Translations under genes and position numbers: made by a program
Assembly (NCBI RefSeq): GCF_018977255.1
Contig: NW_024704743.1
Location: forward strand, 57,724,001 to 57,788,000
Reading direction: 5' to 3'
DNA: 64,000 bases
DNA from: Callorhinchus milii
Lineage: Eukaryota
The notes under the pieces: generated by a model
What the model was told of the DNA's origin: nothing
Seen by the model: the letters and a program-made list of their open reading frames with translations, nothing else
Database searches by the model: none
Part shown: positions 14,171 through 27,354 of the stretch, piece by piece
How the letters are laid out: each line of letters opens with the position of its first letter
Position numbering within the stretch: the first letter of the stretch is position 1

Positions 14171-14869
14171 GTTCATTTATTGGCTAACATTCATATGGAA
14201 AAACAAACTAGTCATCCATTGCTGAGTGAAGGATTTGCACCAAATGGGGCTGAAATGATACCAGGAAAATCTTACAGAGATACTGCAGCTTTTTCATAAA
14301 GATGTAATGACCTTTAATCTTCACAAGGGTCTCACAGATCAGAGATTGTTAAACAAAAACGCTGAAAGGTCAGATTATTCAGAAAGAAGAAGTCCAAATT
14401 TATCTTGATCCAGCAATATTGCCCAGGACAATTTTTTAAAATATCATAGCAGATTAAATACTAAGCACAGAACAGTAAAGGCTAGGCTGCTTGAACTCTC
14501 CTGATAAATGGGGATTATCATTGTATGATAAAATCAATAAAAAGCACCACAGGGCTTATTGAGCGTCACTCTTCTCTGTTGCAGAACACTTTACCTCATA
14601 TCACTTGATTTCAACCTGACCTTGAGCATACTGAAAAAAATCAATAGTCTCCTCTGGAGCATCGAAACAAACATTGGCTGAGATTGTGCCTGCACATTTG
14701 TACTGATAGATAAACTTGATTGTAGTGGTTCCATCAAGTGTCACACAAAACTGGTTCAATGGTTCATTATTCAGTGTTTCTAAGATTTAATTCCTTTTGA
14801 AAATATTTACTAAATGTATAAAATACCACAACAGTTTTGCAATGTCAAACAACTGGCGATGCACGTTTT

Positions 14870-15270
14870 CACACTGGACCCTTCTAAACTCTTCAGCTAT
14901 CACTCCATTTTCGAGCTGTCCTTCCTCTCTAAGGTGTTGGAACAAATCACCTCCCAACTTTGCCCCTTCATCTCCCATTCACCACCACCTGTATGAGTCC
15001 TTCCAATCAGGATTCCGCCCCTCATACAGCGCTGAGACAGTCCTGGTCAAAGTTACAATTGATATTCTCACTGTGATCAGAGCTCCCTGTGTCTTCTTTT
15101 TCTCTTTGAGCCCCCTACTATTTTTAAAACCGTTTACCACTCCTTTCGTTTCCACTGTCTCTCCTCCCTGGTATATGTTCACTGGTCTGCACTTTCCTAG
15201 TTTCACTCCTTTCTGTTCCAGCGTCTTCACCTCACCTAACGGCTTTGCCTTCTGCCTGCACAGCATTATT
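14870..15270 (+). mobile_element. L2 LINE reverse-transcriptase fragment, degenerate
   Basis: ELSFLSKVLE...YESFQSGFRPSYSAETVLVKVT, RT domain N-terminal motifs, with frameshifts. Confidence 0.8.
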
Positions 15271-17686
15271 ACCTAGACAGTCAATCTGAATCTGTTGACT
15301 GCATGCATTGAGTGTTAGTACAATAAAGCTCACTATAAACTGATCTTTTATTCCAGAAACAGTGACTGAAAGTTTGTGTTCGGTAATTTGTACTGAGTAA
15401 ATGGACTGTCTATTTGAAGGACTGTTAATTCTTCATCTAGCACAAAATAGCATTTCATGTCAAATCGTTTCCAGTTCAGTGCTTGAACAAAAATGGTAAA
15501 TGGAAAATATTCAAGAATGTGTTTAGTTCATTTGTGAATTCCAGCAAGAATGGGTTGAGAGACAACACAAACCACCCTGTTCACTGTGCACATGGGCCTC
15601 ATAGAGAACAGCCATGTGAAGATCTAACAACTTTCGGCTGGCAGGACAAAGACTTTTCTCTCCTGCTGACATGATTACAATGAGCTCATATGCTCTGCTT
15701 GTCATGGTATATTTTCCTTCAGTCATTCGTTATAGGTATTGTGTGCCATTGATATTCACTTATTGTTGTTTGAAGGAACTATGATGTTTCCGAAATCAAT
15801 CTGACAAGATTGCAACTCCTGTTTGTAAACATTGGTGTACACAATTTCATTATTGGGTTGCAATTGCATTACTGCATTACCTTATGCACTGATCAAGAGA
15901 CTATTATAATGAATCATTCAAAATGCGGAATTGATAATAAAAGAATAAAAGGACTAGAAGGAACTTTGAATTACAGCAAAAAAAATTCCAAAGTTATAAG
16001 ACAGGAACCCTTACAATCCTTCGAGCTGAGTTTATTCGAGTGTCAGGCTGGCTCAGTCGGTAGCACTCTCGCCAGTGTCAGAAGGTTCAAGCCCCAGATC
16101 TGGACTTGGAACTAATATGGTCTAAGCGGACCCTCCAATGCAATGCACTCTATTATTGGAGGTGCCATCCTTCAGATGAGATGTTAATAATAATAATAAT
16201 TCTTGCATTGATACAGTGCTTTGTCATGTAGTTGAGTGTATTTTTGTGGTCGAAATGTGGCAGCCAATTGCACACAGTTGTTTCCCACAAACAGTTGTGC
16301 ATTGAGTGATCAATTTTTTTTCCAAGAGATTATTACTCCCAGAGGGTGATCTGGAGCAGAGATTCTGTGGGTTCATGGAAATTCTAACAAGATGCCTTAA
16401 TGTGAAATCCGGTCATGAAATACAACAAATTAGACTCTTTTCCAACCATAAAATTATCTCTGCAGTACAATTGTTCATGCATTAATAAGTTATGGCAGAC
16501 TGCCACACACTAAATCTGCTCCTGTGCTCTGCTTCATGTGTTGAGTTAAGAAGCAGTCATTAATTACCTCTGGAATTTCTTCCCTCTCCCCTTTGGTCAG
16601 ATCAGTTTACTTTTGGGAAAATATACCGCTCTATGATAATCACATTATGATTTATCGTATTATCTCTTGCTTCTCTAAGTAACTATATATTTGTTCATCT
16701 TGGGTTAGAATTCAAGACTGTTCAGAATTATTAGTTCATTACCGTTATCATGATCTTTTTCTCATATTTCTTTGGCGATCTCTCCTTTTGTTATATCTTC
16801 CCCTTTGACAGTTGTTGCATACTCCCTTAGCAATAAAGCTACTTGCTAGCCAGTTTCATAGAGTACCACTTAAGGAGAAGCACCAAAGAATATAGCAGTG
16901 TAAAATGTGATATTTCAGAACAGATTTGATAATTATCACATCAAATCTGTTCTGAAATGTCATATTCTCATGCCATACACTACACCTCCTCCTTGTATGC
17001 TTTGGGCTATCCAGCCAAACTGAGCAGTTCCAAAGTAAGATGAAAGGCATCAAAATGCACATTGTTTAGCTTAAAGACACTAAAACAAATGAATCATGAT
17101 TTGGCTGAGAGGATGCTTCAGCATGAGAACCTGAGCAATGATAAGAATGAGCATGGAAGAAAGAGAGAGAGAGAAAGAGAGAGGCAGCCAATACAATTCT
17201 TGCATGGTTCTTTGATTTCATTTATTTGCAAGTTTAATTCAGAACAAGAACTAATCCTTTTTTGAGAGTGAAGTGCACTTGGTGTGCAGTAGTTGGATAA
17301 TCACGTTCTGTGCTTCAAAAGAATAGCCCCAGGTGTGTTCTTTGAAGATACAATGGATGTATTTTAGTTTAGAGAGAATAATACTATGAGGGGAAATAAC
17401 TTAATATGTTTGTGAAATATTAAGTAAAGGGTAGGAAATTAAGCAGTTTGTGTCCGCAGTACATATACTCAACCTGACGCTAAGCCATACGCTAAATTCT
17501 CTTTTGAAAGGTATGGCGCTTGGAAAAATATATATGTTAGTCTGCAGTTATGTTTCTCAGTTTTTGAAAATATTTAAGAACACATGTAAAAACGTCATAA
17601 TTAATATGGTCAACTTCACTTCAAAATATTGATATATTAATATGCAGAATAACTAATGAAGAAATGCAACTATTTTTTCTCTTCAG

Positions 17687-17802
17687 GTGTCCAGAAAGTC
17701 TGCGACCAGATACAGTGAGACCCTGTCTTCTACCGTGCAGAAAAGACTGCATTGTGACACCGTATAGTGATTGGACACCTTGTCCTTCATCATGTGAAGA
17801 AG
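17687..17802 (+). CDS. THSD7A: THSD7A coding exon (116 nt): CPESLRPDTVRPCLLPCRKDCIVTPYSDWTPCPSSCEE(G)
   Basis: Acceptor ttctcttcag, donor G|gtaaag; phase 2 to 1. Confidence 0.96.
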
Positions 17803-18301
17803 GTAAAGTTCTTGAGCAATGTCAAGTCTGGAACATCAATAGTGTACGAGTATCCAGGTTTTGCATGGAAATAGGGGACATAGACCAAAAGTGACCAGTT
17901 TATTAAGTTATGGAGTGCGTTGTCCAGATTAAGGTACTTTACGGTGAACAATCTAATGTGCATTTATGATGATTATTATACCATATTTTTAATCCCCTCA
18001 ATCAGTGTTTCCTATTAAATATCAAAGTGTTGGAATATGTTTATCAATAGAACCATTGATAAGAATATGTTGGTTGGCAAGGGAAGCATCATGGGGACTC
18101 TGGGATGGAGTTTCAAAGAGTTGGGCAGATTACGCTGAAAGCCTGACCTCCGATGGTGGATGGAACAAGGGACATGAAGTAGGGTAGGGTTTGAGGAGGT
18201 TGCAGATCATGGAGGAATTCAAAGGTTAGGACAAGAATCTTGAGCTTGAAAGAAGAGTGTAATGGTTTTAATTGAAATAAATTTTGGAGAATTTTAAATT
18301 G

Positions 18302-18346
18302 GAGAATTAAATCTGGAGAATTTTTAATTCTCCAGATTTAATTCTC
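18302..18346. repeat. Perfect inverted repeat, 21-bp arms with a 3-nt spacer
   Basis: gagaattaaatctggagaatt-ttt-aattctccagatttaattctc. Confidence 0.95.
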
Positions 18347-19931
18347 AATTATCTCAATTAATTAAAATTGCTCAACTTGAAGAACAAATTTTATTCTGTG
18401 TGTGTTTTTTATTTATATTGTGTGGCAGTAGTGGTGTTCAGCAAATTGGATTACTAAAATTGCAATCCACAATATTGTACGTATAAAACCAAGCTGTTTA
18501 TGGACTTCCTCTAGTATTTATTGGAGTGATGTAATAAACGTTTATGGTTTGTTCTGATTTTAAAGTATAGCAGTTCCATTGTCTGCAATGTTTTATTCAT
18601 GTGTAAAAGAAATTTAACTCTTAAATCATTCTCTTGATTTCCTCTTTGATCATTCTCTGAGCTGTATATTTGAATGGATCATTGGCTTCCGTGTTCTGGA
18701 TGAAGCATGCATACAGTATAGCTGTCATTATAGCATTTATTATTGCTCACTAAGCACATTCAACTTTGGGGTGTAAAATGTGGTGACTTCAAACAGGATT
18801 CTTTGATTCAGGAATTTCAAGTAGAAGCTCCTTCTACTGTCACCACTAATGTTAAAAGTGATAAAGAATAGCATTGCTCAGAACTCACACCTTCATCAGC
18901 TCAAATGTCAGTCTTCAGTAGAAAGCCCTCACCCAGAGGTACGTCACAAACCCTCCAGAAGCAGATTTTGGTAGGGGGAGTTCCTGCCAATCGACATGAA
19001 GTACTTCTGAATTCCACAATAAAGGAATCCTTGTTGCAAAGGTTGTATTTGACTCCATTGTTTGACTTTGTAGACTTATATTCAAAGAGTTGGTAGCCTT
19101 TTCCAGGTTTTGCATGGCATATTTCATGGTTCCAGAGCTATTAATATTTGCATGTAACTAAAGCTGTATGAATATCATTTCCTATTACATATAAACTGGA
19201 TTTGCTTTCTTATCCATACTTAAGATTGGCTTCCCTTCAGACCTGATTCGTTTATCCTAACTATAAGTTGGACCATAGTGGTATTCTGAAACTCACAACT
19301 ATTTTGACCCGTTTGGTATTGTAGACTTTGACCACTTCCTTCAGCCTCTTTTATACTTTACTTCTTTCTTCCTTCTTTCCACTTTCACTTTTTTTCTACC
19401 TGAAAATGATTCAAGAATTTGGTCTTTGGGAAAAATTTGTGAGTGACACCATTTCATGGATATCTTATATGAACAACTGAAATGTTGTGGCCACTTATGG
19501 AAATTGCCAGGATTGGAGGAAATGCTGACAAAGCCAGGTAGGGATAAGCATTTGGATGTTTCAGTTTGAGATTTAGATTTGATGTTGCTGAAATTCAGAT
19601 CATCCAAATCTAACTTCAAACATAACACTATGTGGGAGGGGTTGCATTTATTTACAGTGCATGAGGAAAGCCAAGGATAGAGTCCCTGTAGACCACCAAG
19701 GATACATATCCTTTGGATTAGAACTACAAAAAGAACAGATGAAACACAACAGCAACAAATTACTTTTGTAAAGCATCTTTCACGTCGTCAAATACATGCA
19801 CAACTACTCATCCTCCATTCAGACAACCTCAGAAATGAATACAGTGTACCAACACGGAAGCTGAAAAGCCGATGTACAAAGGCAATAGAAATCATATTAT
19901 ATATTATAATATTATAATACATTATACTAAT

Positions 19932-20670
19932 ACAACAACAACAACAACAACAAGATTCCATTTATAGAGCGCCTTTCACGTCAGGAGGACGTCCCAAGGC
20001 GCTGCACAGTTGGGTCATGACCCGAGTAGGGGGGAAATGGTCAGGGTGAGGGGAGGGAAGGGAGGGAGAGAGGAGGGGGAAATGGTCAGGGTGAGGGGAG
20101 GGAAGGGAGGGAGCGAGGAGGAGGAAGAGAGTCGAGAGGGGAGCTGAAGGCACGGTCAAAGAGAAAGGTTTTGAGACCGGCCTTGAAGGAGGAAAGGGAG
20201 GAAGCAAGGCGAAGGCACTGGGGGATGGAGTTCCAGAGCCTCGGGGCTGAGAGGCTGAAGGCCCGACCACCGATAGTAGGGCGGTTGGGGCGGGGGACGT
20301 GGAGCAGACCGGAGCCAGAGGAACGGAGGGTACGGGCAGGTAGGTAGGGGGATAGTAGGTTGGAGAGGTAGGAGGGAGCAAGGCCGTGAATGGCCTTGTA
20401 GGTGAGGATGAGGATCTTGAAATCAATCCTCTGGGGGATGGGGAGCCAGTGGAGGCGAGCGAGGGTAGGATTGATGTGGTCCCGAAGCCTGGTGCGGGAC
20501 AGTACACGAGCTGCGGAGTTCTGAATGACCTGCAGCTTGTGGAGGGAGGTGGCGGGAAGGCCGGCGAGGAGAGAGTTCCCATAGTCCAGCCTTGAGGTGA
20601 CAAAGGCGTGAACCAGGGTTTCAGCAGCGTGAGGGGTGAGGTAGTGCCGTAATCTGGCGATATTCCGGAG
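19932..20670 (-). mobile_element. 5'-truncated L2-clade LINE, young copy (ORF2 C-terminus, 3' UTR and (TTG)n tail)
   Basis: Stop-free minus frame from 20670 to TGA at 20088-20086: LRNIARLRHYLTPHAAETLVHAFVTSRLDYGNSLLAGLP...LHWLPIPQRIDFKILILTYKAIHGLAPSYL...GGRAFSLSAPRLWNSIP...FKAGLKTFLF. This is typical of L2 ORF2. An L2 3' stem-loop and a (caa)n tract follow. Confidence 0.92.
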
Positions 20671-20751
20671 TAATAATCCGGATTAATAATAATCCTTGCA
20701 TTTGATGCAGCATGTTATGACGTCTTCAAGACGTCCCAAAGTGCTTCACAT

Positions 20752-21122
20752 AATAATAATAATAATCCTTGCATTTGATATAGCGCTTTTCACATCGGGA
20801 GGACGTCCCAAAGCGCTTCACGGAACACACTGTAAAGTGAATTGACTGTATATTTGTGGGCGAACGCAGCAGCCAATTACATATAGCAGTGTCCCACAAA
20901 CACTTATGGATTGAGTGACCAAATTATTATATTTTTTGAAGGGATTATTACTCCTGGAAAAGCAATCCACCAATCGACTAACAACCGGGTTCCTATTTAC
21001 TGCAATGTAAGCAGAGGAGTGTAGAGTAAGTAAACTTGCCCAATGTTTTGTCCTGCCCAGGAATCAAACCCAGGTCCTATGTTTGAGAGACAAGTGCTCC
21101 AACCATTAAACTACAGGACTCC
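20752..21122 (-). mobile_element. Full-length tRNA-derived SINE with Deu-like 3' part and L2-type (TTA)n tail
   Basis: On the minus strand the head GGAGTCCTGTAGTTTAATGG...GGGTTTGATTCC carries A/B-box-like motifs. The tail is gtgaagcgctttgggacgtcctcccgatgtgaaaagcgctatatcaaatgcaaggattattatt. Many partial copies occur in the window. Confidence 0.85.
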
Positions 21123-21627
21123 ATAAATAGTTTCACAAGATGAAAATATATTTATAAAGCACCTCTGTGCTTTATCAATATACCTGCAGACAGCACAACT
21201 CACAGAAAATCATAGAGGCAACCAAAATATCTTTGGACTTCTTACCATCATGAAGAAATCCCTTGTGTGCACAAATGTTTCGGTCCATATGCATGGCATG
21301 ATTTTTCAGAACTGTATTTTTCAGTCTGATGTTTTTTCCCCTAATGTAATTCTTTGAATCCAGTCGATCAGGATTTATTTCAGAACTCAACCTCATGCAA
21401 CATTAGAGTTCCTGAGCTGGATGCAAGATTTCACTCCGATATTTTGATTATGATGCTGAGTGAATTACTTTGTAGTACTGTTAATACCATTTCTGTTTTT
21501 ACAGGTACTATATCTGATGAAAAAAGAGGTAAAATGTGAATCTGCCAATAAATTGTCTCACCACTTTCTATACTGCATTGAGTCTAAAACATGGTCACTA
21601 AATTTCATGGTGTTTCCTCCCTCCCAG

Positions 21628-21760
21628 GTGACAATGCTGTAGCAAAGAAATCTCAGCATCGAGTCATCATCCAGTTTCCAGCAAATGGAGGGCATGATTG
21701 TCCTGACACACTCTTGGAGGAGAAGGAGTGTGAGATCACTCATGTCTGCATTAATTACAG
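21628..21760 (+). CDS. THSD7A: THSD7A coding exon (133 nt): DNAVAKKSQHRVIIQFPANGGHDCPDTLLEEKECEITHVCINY(R)
   Basis: Acceptor cctccctcccag, donor AG|gtaaac; phase 1 to 2; this frame is not in the ORF track. Confidence 0.94.
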
Positions 21761-23559
21761 GTAAACATTTCTATTGAATGGGACACAACAGGCAGAATCT
21801 AACCAATGCAAGATCACAAGCTTCGTAATCCATGCAAAATATAGATGTCATATGTCGTATTCCTAAAATTTCAAAATTATTTGGGCAAAATAAGAGAAGA
21901 GAAAAGGTTATGGGAGGAAGTAAGGAGTGGGTGGAAACTCGTGTGGAGTATAAACCCTGGCACGGAACTATTTGGGCAGAATGGCCTGTTTTCGTGCTGT
22001 ACAGGCTGTGTAAAATCTATGTAAATACATTTTCTGAGCTTCCTCAATCCCCTAAATACAGAGGCCATCACTAGCAGGAACATTCAATATCTGGTGCTGA
22101 GTAAACCAAAATGTTTCTGCTGTTCCTCAGCGCTATCCAGTGGCCTTTGACTCAAGTTACACATTTATAAATCTCAGGTGAGGATACAGTTAGTTTCAAC
22201 TGTGTTGATTCCTGCATGATTGGGCAGCCTGTCTACTGTATTGTCATATTTGTGAAACATCATCAGCTTACTGTTTCTAATACAATTATCCTCCAGTCAC
22301 TACTTTCACTATTCTATCTGCGTTAAGAAGTTATCTGTATCTGACGCCTATGTGAATATTTAGTATGCTGATACAAAATAAGGATAAGGGGAGAAAATTG
22401 GATTAAAAATAGCTGCTTTTTTATTTAAAGGATAATATTAGATTAATTCTCTCTTTTGTGATGTGGTTACGCTATTCTCTATCATGTAAAATTAAGATAC
22501 AATGCGCTCACACTTTTCTATCTGCTTTAAGAGTTCACAGAGCTACTCAAACATGTTTTAAGGTTAATTTTGCTTCCACTTGGTTCTACGTTTTTACAGT
22601 TTATATTTGGGCAACCGGGAGTCTGACATGCACAGAAACCACTTGCAGTGCTTAAGAGTCTCAAGCTCCAGCTACTGAGAACTGATAGAAGCAGAGGTCC
22701 TGTTTGCTAGTTCTGGGGGGGTGGGGGAAACAATGGGTTTCTAAGATAACACAAACACACACACACACATAATGCTTGTTTATGCTCTGAGAACAGAGAT
22801 TTGCATTGGCAGAAGCCAAGGCAATGTGGAAAACAAAATGCACAATAGGGGTATTGCTGAAGGTAAAGCAGACAAATTGTGCATCTTATAGTATAGGACA
22901 GAGCATAGGTAACCATTCTACTACATGTCCAGAGACAATCAACAGCCATTAAGATGTTGGATTTCAGGTTATCAAGGGAATCTCATTACCTCCACTCCCC
23001 CTCCAGTAATAATGGGACTTTTTTTTCTGTATTAAAAATAAACTTACTTAGCATCAGATGCTTACAAATCCTTAGGCCTCTTGTATTTTATTATTCTGTC
23101 CCACATTTGAAGCAATCTGTGAATTTTGTGATGTGCTCTGCGAGGTTATTTGTACCTGACACCCTTGTGAACATTTGATGTGCTGATGGAAAAACATGCT
23201 AGAAAGAGATTTGAATCGGATTATGAATATTTATTTGCCACAAGTTGATATAGTGGAGCTATGTGTACAAGGGCAAAGGGCATTCATTATGAGGTGCCAA
23301 TATGCTACTAAAGAATAAAATTCGGCCTCCCAAAATCCTAGGTTTGGAATGCAAGAGAGCAGGTTAGGTTTGTCTGGTGGTGAATGTTTATTCCTCTATT
23401 TCCAACCCTGAATTAGGCCCTCAAATGTTTCCATTGGTATATGTAATGTGCCCTTGGGTTTCTCCTCAAGGGTTAGAGCATTAAATGCTAATTAGCTACA
23501 TGTCTTACAATGCCTGTGATTTTTAAAACGGGTATTGTAAGCCATATAGAGCAGGGTGA

Positions 23560-23860
23560 AAACTAAGGGAAGTTTTCTTACTCCACACTCTTCTGTTTAC
23601 CTAGCAGTAAGTTGGAACCTGTTTCTAGTCGATTGGTGGCTAACTTTCTGGGGGAAATAATCTTTCAAAATAAGTAAATAATTTGGTCACTGAATCCACA
23701 ACTGTCTGTGGGACACTGCTGTGTGTAATTGGCTACCACATTTCTCCCACAAAATATACAATCAATTTGCTTTACAATATATTTTGTGGAGAGCTTTGAG
23801 ATGTCTTGATGACATGATAAGGTGCTATATCCAATACAAGGATTATTATGATTATTATTA
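23560..23860 (+). mobile_element. SINE copy (same family as 20752-21122), 5' truncated
   Basis: Shares ctccacactcttctgtttacctagcagtaag...ggtcact...gggacactgctg...atccaatacaaggattatt with that family. Confidence 0.8.
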
Positions 23861-24239
23861 TGCTAATTTAAAACTTCCGTTATCTGCCTCAAATTGCTAA
23901 AAGAAAAAGTGAAAACATTGGGAAAAGCTTATATGCTTCCTGACCTTTTTGTTACACTTAGTGTTTGCCATCGTGACCAGCATTCTTCTCTCAGGTCATT
24001 CCTCAGCTGAGAAAAGGCTCAAAAAGTCCATCAAAAGGTCAGGATGAAATTGTCGGACTTCAGGATTATGATATTTTCATGATTACGTTTATGAATTTGT
24101 TCACAAATTATACAGTTTCAGGCACAAGCAACAGATCGTAATTAGTGCCGCAACATCTACCTAATTTTAGATCCTACAGCCCATCGCAGGGTTTTAGATA
24201 ATACTTTTAGATAATAAAGGAAAACTACCAACAATTACA

Positions 24240-24665
24240 TACAATTGCACAGAATTATATGGCATGGACATAAGCTATTCGACCCAACTAGTCTGTGCCT
24301 GTGCTTGTACTTCGCACAAGCCTCCAAACTCTTGCAAATCTTCTCTCCCATACACATCTATTCCCTTATCCCTCATGTATATATCATCTTTCCTCTTAAA
24401 TGCACTGATGATTTTTGCTTCCACCACAGATTCCAGCAGTGAGTTCCACATACTTGCTGTGTAAACAGTCTCCTCCATGTTTTAGATAACTACAACAACA
24501 ACGACAATAACTTGTATTTATATCGTGCCCTTCACATGGGTAGCTGACTATCATATTTATGCTGCTTCGTTTTGGGCTCACCAACAAATGGAAACAGCTT
24601 ATCAAGGCTCACTTTATCAAATCCTTTCATGATCTTAAATGCCACTATCAGATCCCCTCTGAATC
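24240..24665 (-). mobile_element. Degenerate CR1 3' fragment interrupted by an L2-type tail
   Basis: WNSLLESVVEAKIISAFKRK in the minus frame; cagatcccctctg (RGDL). Confidence 0.65.
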
Positions 24666-24880
24666 ATTTTACCTTTAAAAAGAAAAACTGCGACACTCTC
24701 CGTTTTGTCCCACTCTCCGTTTAGTTCCATTCCCTTTGCCTTGTTGTAATTCATTTGGGTGCTACCTGAAATGCTCTGTCGTTTCAGATCAAATTGGAGG
24801 CAATGTACTAAATAATTGACTATATTAAATGTGTTAAAGATAAATTCTCAAGGCTTAAAGCTGTGCTCTTTCTAATACAG

Positions 24881-24984
24881 ATGGAAAACACACAAATGGC
24901 GCCGGTGTCAATTAGTGCCGTGGTACATTCGCCAAGACAGCCCTGGAGCGCATGAAACATGTGGACCAGGACTGCAGACCAGAG
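24881..24984 (+). CDS. THSD7A: THSD7A coding exon (104 nt): WKTHKWRRCQLVPWYIRQDSPGAHETCGPGLQTR(A)
   Basis: Acceptor tctaatacag, donor G|gttagt; phase 2 to 1. Confidence 0.95.
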
Positions 24985-25444
24985 GTTAGTTTACTGATTT
25001 TAATGGACGTCTTGTTGCAAATGGTGTTGACGCTTTGCACAGAGATTATCGGGTAAATTGACAAATGTGTGGCAATGTAACGGCGTGAATTTATGAACTC
25101 CAGGGAATAGACTGTGATTGCCAGCCTCAAGTTGCTTGTTAACTATTACACTGAAAGTAGTAAAGATGAGCAAATGAGTCGAGGTTCAACATGTCCATTG
25201 ATCCCATTGCCAGAAGGGGCTATAAATCCCTCCACTCCACCTTTGTTAGAAACCCCTGAACTGTAGCAATGACAATACTAGATCAGGATTAATGCAATAT
25301 AAAGGGAAAACAGTCTCTTAGCTCAGTATTTGGTATCAAAATCAATCATAATTTTTAGACTTAACTGTAGGATCTGTTAAATAATTGGATAGAAAAAACA
25401 ATAAAAAATGCTTCTTTAATTATGTTAGTTTGATGGCATTTACT

Positions 25445-25830
25445 TCTCCAGAGCTCAGACTGTGAATTTGAATCTCTCACACCAGAACTCAAGCTCATAT
25501 TGTACTCTGCCTCAAGTATTGAGGGAGCACTGCATTGCTGAAGGTGCTATCTGACAAATGAGGAAACTTTAAACCTGGTGGAGGTCAGAGACCCCAAAGC
25601 ATTATGTCAAAGAAACACAGAGAGCTCTTATCCTTGGGTGCTGGCCAACATTGCTCCTTCATCAAAAACAATCATACAAAAATAAGTTAACTTATTTATT
25701 CATCTCACTGCTGTTTGTGAGATGTTGCTGCCGCAGATTAGCCCCTGTGTTTGCCTACAAACAGCAGTCATTTCAAGCTTCAATACCAATTCTATGTGTG
25801 AAGGATTTTGAGATGTTTTCATGTAAAAAC
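25445..25830 (+). mobile_element. Older, diverged Deu-domain SINE
   Basis: tattgagggagcactgcattgctgaaggtgc...gctggccaacatt...ctgctgtttgtgaga...gtgaaggattttgagatg. Confidence 0.65.
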
Positions 25831-26569
25831 GGTAAAATATTGCTTCATTCCTACTGTTTAAAATGAAGGAAGTCATTCCGCAAAAGAAAGGCACTAAAAT
25901 CAGATGGCAGCTGCCTTGTCAAAGTATAATCTTGAGACGTCTGGGTGTGTGTAAAAAAATAAAAATTCACAGCAAAATAAACATCTAAGGAGATATTAGC
26001 AAGTACATCTGTTGCATATTTAATAGACCCAAATCGTAATGTTGTTCACATACATTGTAAATTCACAGGAAGACGTTACATAGGCTGCCAAACCTGCTGT
26101 GTTTCCGATGTGACAAATCTTTTTTTAAATTGCAGTGGGACTTTGATGACAGGCATCTGCATATTTGCTGCTAACATAATTCAGCTGTGAACAGAGAATT
26201 TCAATGCACCAACACATTTCCACTGTGTAGAGTTCTCGATCCGACTACAGCACTTAAATTTAAAATCTTAATCCAAGCATAAAAATTATTCTTGAGTTTT
26301 AAATACGGCCCAAAAGGCACTGACAAGCGTCACTGGAGGCGTTTAGTACATTTCAGAATTTTGGGGAGATAAAGTGTGTTCTCTAAATTTATTTCATCTT
26401 TTTTCCATTCCATCCCTCGAAGCAGTAATTCAGGTTGAGGCAAAGATACACACAAATCAACCATGCTTAGGGTCCACCCGTGTCGCTATTCTACACAAGT
26501 GAGTCTGCACCAAGCCTTGGTCGGCTATAATAATAATTATTCTAATATTATATTAATATTATAATAATA

Positions 26570-27190
26570 AAAATCCTTGCATTTGATACAGCAACTTATC
26601 ATGCCATTGAGACATCTCAATGCACTTCACAGATTATATTATAAAGATGGATTAACTGCGTATTTTCTGGGGAAAATGCGGAAGCCAATTGCACACAGCT
26701 GTGTCCCACAAACAGTTATGGATTTATTTATTTTTTGAAGGGATTATTACACCCGGAAAGTGATCGCCTATCTACCAAAATATTTTAGAAGATAAGACCT
26801 ACCTCTTTGAATGTGTTTTCTGTCATCTTTCTCCTCCCCACTCTCCTTCGGCTGAAAATATAAATGTAAATTGTATTGCAAATTGTAATTTGGATATTAT
26901 ACAGAGGAATAAATAATCCTTGCATTTGATATAGCACATTATCACGTCTTCGAGACATCTCAAAGCGCTTCACACAATGTACTGTAAAGTGAATTGACTG
27001 TATTTTGTGAGCGAAATGCTGGATCCAATTACACACTGCAGTATCCCACAAACAGTCGTGGATTGAGTGACCAAATTATTATTTTGGGGGGAGGGATTAT
27101 TAACCCTGGAAAAGCGATCTGCCAATTGACTAACAACTGGGTTCCTACTTACTGCTAGTTTAACAGAGGCTTGTGGAGTAAGGAAACATA
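26570..27190 (-). mobile_element. Two neighbouring SINE copies (about 26570-26785 and 26912-27190), same family
   Basis: Both begin aatccttgcatttgata on + and run through tcccacaaacag and gggattatta...ggaaaag. Confidence 0.8.
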
Positions 27191-27354
27191 TGGAAGTACT
27201 TCACAGAATTTTTACTGTAAAGTGCAATGAATATTTTTGAGGCAAATTGAAATATGATAATTTAGTATCTTAATGGAGTATCATAACTGAGCCCAATATT
27301 GCCCTCAACAATATCCATAGAGATGCACTTCAAATAGGACGCACTGAATAGTGA

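Noticed and set aside
19962..20603. Longest ORF in the track (213 aa, Pro/Ser-rich, minus strand) as a novel gene
   Set aside because: It is an alternative frame of the GC-rich L2 ORF2 fragment. The true L2 frame is a different one, and the internal repeat comes from the 45-bp duplication.
21050..21122. tRNA gene
   Set aside because: It is the tRNA-derived head of a SINE and continues directly into the SINE body and tail.
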